Below, one piece after another: positions 41,403-45,708 of a stretch of DNA of 45,708 nucleotides (positions are counted from its first letter, which is position 1; each line of letters starts with the position of its first letter). This DNA comes from Vicinamibacterales bacterium (GTDB lineage: Bacteria; Acidobacteriota; Vicinamibacteria; Vicinamibacterales; 2-12-FULL-66-21). The translations under genes and the position numbers were made by a program. The stretch is from positions 1 through 45,708 of the forward strand of contig DASSOM010000260.1 in the NCBI GenBank assembly GCA_035700625.1. Direction: 5' to 3'. Below the pieces are notes generated by a model. It made no database searches. It was not told where the DNA came from and worked only from the letters and a program-made list of their open reading frames with translations.

Positions 41403-44297
41403 CTACCGCGTCGCGACGGGACGGCCGCGTCGATCCCCCTGCGGGACCCGGCGGCGGTACTGATCGAAGAAGCGGTTGCACGCCTTGTGGAACCGCTCCG
41501 TGAGCTGGCGGCCGGCGTCGCCCGGCACCGGCGCAAGCCGCGACCACGACGCCTGCGCCTGGCGGACTTCATCCGCCATCGTGCGCCACTTGGTCTCCTC
41601 GCCGGCGCGCCCGCCGATCGTGTTCGCTGCCAGCGCTTCGCGCAGCATCGCGGCGAGCGCCTCCGAAGAACCAGCCTCCGGCGCGGGCGCCTCGGCCGCG
41701 AGCCCCTCGACGCGCGCGCACAGCTTCTCCATCCGCTGCCGGCTCGCATCGGCGTCCAGCTCGGTGCCGCGGAAGGATTCCGGGTAGGTGGTCTGCAGCC
41801 GTTCGAGCGCGGCGACGAAGCGTCCGGTCAGCGGGTCGGCGCCGTGCCGCACCGGCGAACCGGTCTGATTCCAGCGGGTCCGCAGCGCGCGGACGCGATC
41901 CACGAGGTCGGTGGGCACCGCTGACGGCTCCGTGCCCTCGGGGACGATGGCTTCGAGCTCCTGGACGAGCGCCTCGCGATCGGCCTGGTGCGCTTCCAGC
42001 TCGATCTCGTCGCGGCGCTTGTAGCGATCGAAGAAGCGATCGCACGCCGTCCGGAACCGCTGCCAGAGCTGCTCCGACTTGTTGCGGCGCACCGGACCGA
42101 TCGTCTTCCACTCCGCCTGCAAGCGGCGAATCTCGGACGCGGTCCGCTCCCACTCGCGCGAGTCCGCGAGCTCCTCGGCGCGGGCGCAGAGCGCTTCCTT
42201 CTTCGCCTGGTTCGCGGCCCACACTTCCTTGCGCTGTGCGAGGTCGGCGTTGCGGCGGGTGAAGAACCGGTCGCACGCGTCGCGGAAGCGCTTCCACACC
42301 GCCTTCGTGTCGGCGCGCGGCACGGGCCCGATCTGCTGCCATTCGGCCTGCAGCTTCTTGAGCTCGTCCGCGGTGCGGATCCAGTCGGTGGAATCGGCGA
42401 CCGCTTCAGCGCGTTCGCACAGCGCGAGCTTCTTCTGCAGGTTCTCCTGCCGCTCGCCGGCGCGCTGCGCGAAGAACTCGCGCGCCTTCGCCTGGATGGG
42501 ATCCGCCGCCTGGCGATAGCGATGCCAGAGCGCCTGCGCCTGCGCGCGGGGGGCTTCGGCGGCCGCCTTCCAGCGCTCCTGGATGTCGTGCAGTTCGCGC
42601 GCGGCTTTCTCCACGTCCTCCGGCTTTTCGAGGTCGTACTTGGCGCGCAGCGCCTCGGTCTGCGCGATCAGTTCCTCCTGGACGGCGGCGTTGGCGAACC
42701 GCTTCCACTCGTCCATCTCGCGCAGTTCATGGAGGCGCGGCGCAAGGCCCGACAGCGCCGCCTTGACGCGCTCGACGAGCGCTTCGCGTTCGGCCGGCGG
42801 GATCGCGGGAGGCGCTTCGATCGCGGCGCGCAGATCGCGCGCCGCCTTGTCGGCCTCGCGCAGCGTCAAATCCTCGGCGGCGGCCCGCGCCTGCACGCGG
42901 TCCACGAGCTGTTCCACGCGGTGGACCTGCTGGCGCAACGTCTTCTCGGCGGCAGCTCGCCGCGCCTCCGCGCGCTCGGTGACGCGCGCCTCGGCGGCCG
43001 CGAAGCGCTCCGTGAACGCCGCGTCGATCTCGGCCCCCTTTTCCGGCAGGTCACGCCACTCCCGCGCGATCTGATCCCAGACGTACGCGGGGCTGTCCTC
43101 GAGCGCGGCGGTCTGCTCCGCTTCCTGCAACAGCTCCGCGGCGCGCGCATTCAGCCGATCGATCTCCTCGCGTCTGACGTGCCGCTCCTCTGCGCGGCGG
43201 CAGGCCTCGTCGAAGCGGGCGACGATCGCGTCGTCTGCCGGCTCGGGCTGATCGAGCGCCGGCAGCCCTTCCCATTCGGCGCGGGCGCGCGCGAGCTCGT
43301 CGAGCAGCGTGTCGCCGCGGAGTTGTTCGACCTGTTCGCAGAGCGCGGTGCGCGCCGCGCGCGCCGCCGCGACGCGTGCGACCGCTTCGCGCTCGGCCGC
43401 GGCCTCCCGCTCCGCGCGATCGATGGCATCCCGCGCGGCGGAGAGCGCCGCGAGGAAGCGGGCGTTGTCGTCGTCGGTGATCCCCTGATCCCCCGCGGCG
43501 AACTCGCGCCACTCCGCCTCCGCCTCGGCGAGCTGCGACGCGCCGCCTTCGACGGGGGGCGCCGCGGCGATCGCTTCGACGCGCGCGAGCGCCGTCGCGA
43601 GCTGCTGTTGCCGCGCTTCGAGCGCCGCGCGCCGCGCTTCCGCTTCCTGATCGAGTGCCTGGACCATGGATCGTGCCCGCTTTCCGACCGACTTGTGCTT
43701 CGCGCGCGCCGCCACGTCGTCCAGCGTCGCGCGATCGGGATCGCCGAGCTGCACCGCGCGTTCGAGCGCGCTGAGCCCGGCGTCCTTGTGTTCCGTTTTC
43801 ACCGCGATGGTGATGAGTTCCGCGGGATCCGTGATGCGCTCGGCCGCGGTGAGCGCCGTGGCGGGATCCTCCGCCTTGCGCGCCACCGTGCTGAGCGCCT
43901 TGAGATCCGTCAATTTCGCCACCGCCTCGGCGCGGACGCGCTCGAGACGCGCGGTCTTCGCCACGATGGCGAGCTGCCGCTGATCCGTGAGTGCCTCGAG
44001 CGCTGCGGGTGCGGCATCCGCAGCGTCGCCGGCCGCCACGCGTACGAGGCGGTCCGTGATTTCCGTGCGCAGCGTCTCGTCGGGATCGGTGCGCGCGATG
44101 GCGCCGAGCGCCGCGACGTCCGTCACGCGCGCCGCCGCGGCCCGCCGCACCCGCACGTCGTCGTCATGCTGCGCGAGTTCCGTGAGCACTCCCGCGTCTT
44201 CCCCCGCCGCGTCCAGCTCCTGCACGCCGGCGACACGCACATCGGGATCAGCCGACTTCCACTTGGGCTGGAGCTTGAACCGTTCGAGGAAAGACAT
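41403..44297 (-). CDS. DUF349 repeat protein (964 aa) with HEAT-like N-terminal repeats and a long coiled coil
   Basis: Repeated W-x-R-F-x-x-A-C-D/N-R-F-F blocks are present (WKRFRDACDRFFTRR, WQRFRTACDRFFDRYKRR, ERFHKACNRFFDQYRRR, WHRYRQAADPIQAKAREFF). The N-terminus has DPDVRVAGVQEL and DDDVRVRRAAAARV. Confidence 0.8.
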   Translation of the reverse strand: MSFLERFKLQPKWKSADPDVRVAGVQELDAAGEDAGVLTELAQHDDDVRVRRAAAARVTDVAALGAIARTDPDETLRTEITDRLVRVAAGDAADAAPAALEALTDQRQLAIVAKTARLERVRAEAVAKLTDLKALSTVARKAEDPATALTAAERITDPAELITIAVKTEHKDAGLSALERAVQLGDPDRATLDDVAARAKHKSVGKRARSMVQALDQEAEARRAALEARQQQLATALARVEAIAAAPPVEGGASQLAEAEAEWREFAAGDQGITDDDNARFLAALSAARDAIDRAEREAAAEREAVARVAAARAARTALCEQVEQLRGDTLLDELARARAEWEGLPALDQPEPADDAIVARFDEACRRAEERHVRREEIDRLNARAAELLQEAEQTAALEDSPAYVWDQIAREWRDLPEKGAEIDAAFTERFAAAEARVTERAEARRAAAEKTLRQQVHRVEQLVDRVQARAAAEDLTLREADKAARDLRAAIEAPPAIPPAEREALVERVKAALSGLAPRLHELREMDEWKRFANAAVQEELIAQTEALRAKYDLEKPEDVEKAARELHDIQERWKAAAEAPRAQAQALWHRYRQAADPIQAKAREFFAQRAGERQENLQKKLALCERAEAVADSTDWIRTADELKKLQAEWQQIGPVPRADTKAVWKRFRDACDRFFTRRNADLAQRKEVWAANQAKKEALCARAEELADSREWERTASEIRRLQAEWKTIGPVRRNKSEQLWQRFRTACDRFFDRYKRRDEIELEAHQADREALVQELEAIVPEGTEPSAVPTDLVDRVRALRTRWNQTGSPVRHGADPLTGRFVAALERLQTTYPESFRGTELDADASRQRMEKLCARVEGLAAEAPAPEAGSSEALAAMLREALAANTIGGRAGEETKWRTMADEVRQAQASWSRLAPVPGDAGRQLTERFHKACNRFFDQYRRRVPQGDRRGRPVATR

Positions 44298-44303
44298 GAG
44301 GAG

Positions 44304-44651
44304 CTAGCCGGCGTTCGACTCCGTGGTCAGCCAGTCGGCAATCTGCTCGCGCGACATGCGATGGTCGTCGTTCAGGTGGACGATCATCGGTGCGAGAGGG
44401 AGTCGTTTCCCGCAACCCTGCGGGCACTTCTTGGTCATCTCGTCCAGGCACCGGAACAGCCGCTCGAGATGATCGGGGATGAGTTTTCCGTGCGCTCGGG
44501 GCAGGTGGTATACGCCTTCGTAGACCGCCCCCAGCGCGCACGACCCGCCCTTTTCATCGAAGTAGCTGCCGAAGCACTGCGGCCCGCGCTTCGAGCCTTC
44601 CCGAATGAAGTCCGCGAGCTGCTGCTGTTCGCTCTGGAGCTCTGTTGCCAT
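44304..44651 (-). CDS. Small hypothetical protein (115 aa, Cys-containing)
   Basis: GGAGGG lies 5 nt upstream of the ATG. Composition is normal, with motifs GGSCALGA, CPQGCG and VHLNDDH. Its stop is 6 nt before the DUF349 start. Confidence 0.55.
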   Translation of the reverse strand: MATELQSEQQQLADFIREGSKRGPQCFGSYFDEKGGSCALGAVYEGVYHLPRAHGKLIPDHLERLFRCLDEMTKKCPQGCGKRLPLAPMIVHLNDDHRMSREQIADWLTTESNAG

Positions 44652-44692
44652 GGCGGCCCTCCGGCGAAGCGACTATTGTAACGCAGCCTTCA

Positions 44693-44722
44693 TTGACGGG
44701 CGCCGGCTGCTGCGCCTACGAT
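44693..44722 (+). promoter_or_regulatory. Weak sigma70-like promoter candidate, TTGACG-N18-TACGAT, upstream of the cyclophilin gene
   Basis: Read directly in the 164-bp divergent spacer. The -10 matches only 4/6, and promoter rules for this phylum are poorly known. Confidence 0.2.
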
Positions 44723-44815
44723 TCATGGATCTCTTCTGCCCGGCGGATCCATTCTGTTGAATGCCGGACACCGACCGTCCGGGTCCGGGCAGCGGACCAG
44801 GTCGGGGCCGACACG

Positions 44816-45394
44816 ATGCTCACGATTCTCCTGACAATTTCCCTCTGCCTGCAGACGCCGGCGCAGGCGCCCGCTGCCAGCCCGACGTCAAGCAATCCCG
44901 TTGCCGTCATCGACACGTCCATGGGCGCCATCGCCATCGAGCTGTTGCCGGACCGCGCGCCCGCCTCCGTCGCCAACTTCCTGGAATACGTTCGCGACGG
45001 GTTTTATGCCGGCACGGTCTTCCACCGCGTCGTCTCCGGCTATGTCGTCCAGGGGGGCGGCTTCACGCCGGAGCTGGTCGAGAAAGCCACGCGGCCGCCG
45101 ATCCGGAACGAGGCGGCCAACGGGCTGCGCAACGTGAGGGGCTCGGTCGCGATGGCGCGGACGAGCGGGCTTCGCACCGCGACGTCGCAGTTCTACATCA
45201 ACGTCGCGAACAATCACGAGCTCGATCACCGCGGCTACACGCCGGACGATTTCGGCTACGCCGTGTTCGGCCGCGTGATCGAAGGCATGGACGTCGTCGA
45301 TCGCATCGCGGCCGTCGAAACCGCGTCGCGCGACGGCATGGACGACGTGCCCGTTACACCGGTGGTGATCAAGAGCGTTACGATCAGGAAATGA
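44816..45394 (+). CDS. Secreted cyclophilin-type peptidyl-prolyl cis-trans isomerase (PpiA-like)
   Basis: The internal ATG 44816 gives a signal peptide MLTILLTISLCLQTPAQA. FHRVVSGYVVQGGGF...RGSVAMAR...SQFYINV...YAVFGRV is the cyclophilin signature. Confidence 0.9.
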   Translation: MLTILLTISLCLQTPAQAPAASPTSSNPVAVIDTSMGAIAIELLPDRAPASVANFLEYVRDGFYAGTVFHRVVSGYVVQGGGFTPELVEKATRPPIRNEAANGLRNVRGSVAMARTSGLRTATSQFYINVANNHELDHRGYTPDDFGYAVFGRVIEGMDVVDRIAAVETASRDGMDDVPVTPVVIKSVTIRK

Positions 45395-45708
45395 GTCGGC
45401 CGCTCGTCGTCATCTTCCTGACGATCTTCGTCAACCTGGTCGGCTTCGGGATCATCATTCCGCTGCTGCCGTTCTACGCGGAGACGTTCGGCGCGTCGCC
45501 GCTGATGATCGGCCTGCTGTTCGCGTCGTTCTCGATCTGTCAGCTCATCGCGTCACCCGTGCTCGGCCACTGGTCGGATCGATGGGGACGCCGGCCCATC
45601 CTGATCCTGAGCCTGCTCGGCACCGTCGTCAGCTTCGTCATGCTGGCGCTCGCGCACAGCCTGACGATGCTGTTTGCGGCACGGATCGTCGACGGCCTGT
45701 CGGGCGGC
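45391..45708 (+). CDS. MFS transporter (DHA1/TetA-like). It is partial: the C-terminus runs off the window end.
   Basis: Not in the track because there is no stop. My own translation from ATG 45391 (ATGA overlap with the cyclophilin stop) gives MSRPLVVIFLTIFVNLVGFGIIIPLLPFYAETFGASP...GHWSDRWGRRP...RIVDGLSGG. These are the classic MFS motifs. Confidence 0.85.
   Translation, partial: MSRPLVVIFLTIFVNLVGFGIIIPLLPFYAETFGASPLMIGLLFASFSICQLIASPVLGHWSDRWGRRPILILSLLGTVVSFVMLALAHSLTMLFAARIVDGLSGG

Noticed and set aside
41988-44681. 897-aa plus-strand ORF opposite the DUF349 gene
   Set aside because: It is an antisense shadow (Arg/Leu/Gly-rich and repetitive because the DUF349 gene is itself repetitive). 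The minus frame shows the DUF349 W-x-R-F...C-x-R-F-F repeats.
1-45708. Searched for mobile elements, prophage, defence islands, rRNA/tRNA genes and compositional islands
   Set aside because: No transposase, integrase, recombinase, phage structural, restriction, toxin-antitoxin or cas-like protein was recognised in any frame. No tRNA-like cloverleaf or rRNA-like stretch was seen in the few intergenic regions. Composition looks uniformly GC-rich apart from short spacers. The only mobile-element-like signals are the two palindromic elements listed as findings.

Overview
This is a densely packed, visibly very GC-rich bacterial chromosomal segment (GC not computed). I call about 42 protein-coding genes. 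I recognised no rRNA, tRNA, CRISPR array, transposase, integrase or phage genes. Two lineage markers point to Acidobacteriota: an ADOP-type duplicated FtsX permease and an acidobacterial-type VWFA protein.

Gene content in order:
- Partial ccdA plus an orphan nuoG-like gene.
- A secreted M1 peptidase.
- A tightly coupled operon of aminotransferase, AI-2E transporter and SpoIIE phosphatase.
- A VWA protein followed by an OmpA-like lipoprotein.
- A Tat-signal class V PLP enzyme, divergent from a Tat-exported three-subunit molybdenum hydroxylase (PaoABC-like) operon. That operon carries four extra genes: a small Cys/His-rich protein, two secreted unknowns and an SDR.
- A receiver-domain protein with an unassigned, possibly KaiB-like, C-terminal domain.
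- An aminotransferase and an MTHFR-like gene.
- A five-gene translationally coupled operon: ACC-deaminase-family PLP enzyme, beta-CASP MBL hydrolase, two M49/DPP3-like peptidases and a HEAT-cyclophilin fusion.
- A membrane protein, a class A beta-lactamase-like hydrolase and an LD-carboxypeptidase.
- An amine oxidase, an ADOP permease, an MFS transporter, a YfcE-like phosphoesterase and two amidohydrolases.
- A 964-aa DUF349 protein preceded by a small Cys-containing protein.
- A secreted cyclophilin and a partial MFS transporter.

Many long ORFs in the track are antisense shadows typical of high-GC DNA, and several true genes start well inside the listed ORFs.

The most unusual signals are non-coding or architectural:
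- A 252-bp palindromic element made of eight copies of a 12-mer, which supplies the stop codons of both flanking convergent genes.
- A 138-nt element between two other convergent genes: a 27-bp stem enclosing two hairpins, followed by T7.
- A perfectly symmetric bidirectional -10-like palindrome sitting 10 nt from two divergent start codons.
- Divergent genes whose start codons overlap.
- GTTCGA heptad repeats and a TATAAT box directly upstream of a start codon.

All functional calls rest on motif recognition by eye; no database search was run.
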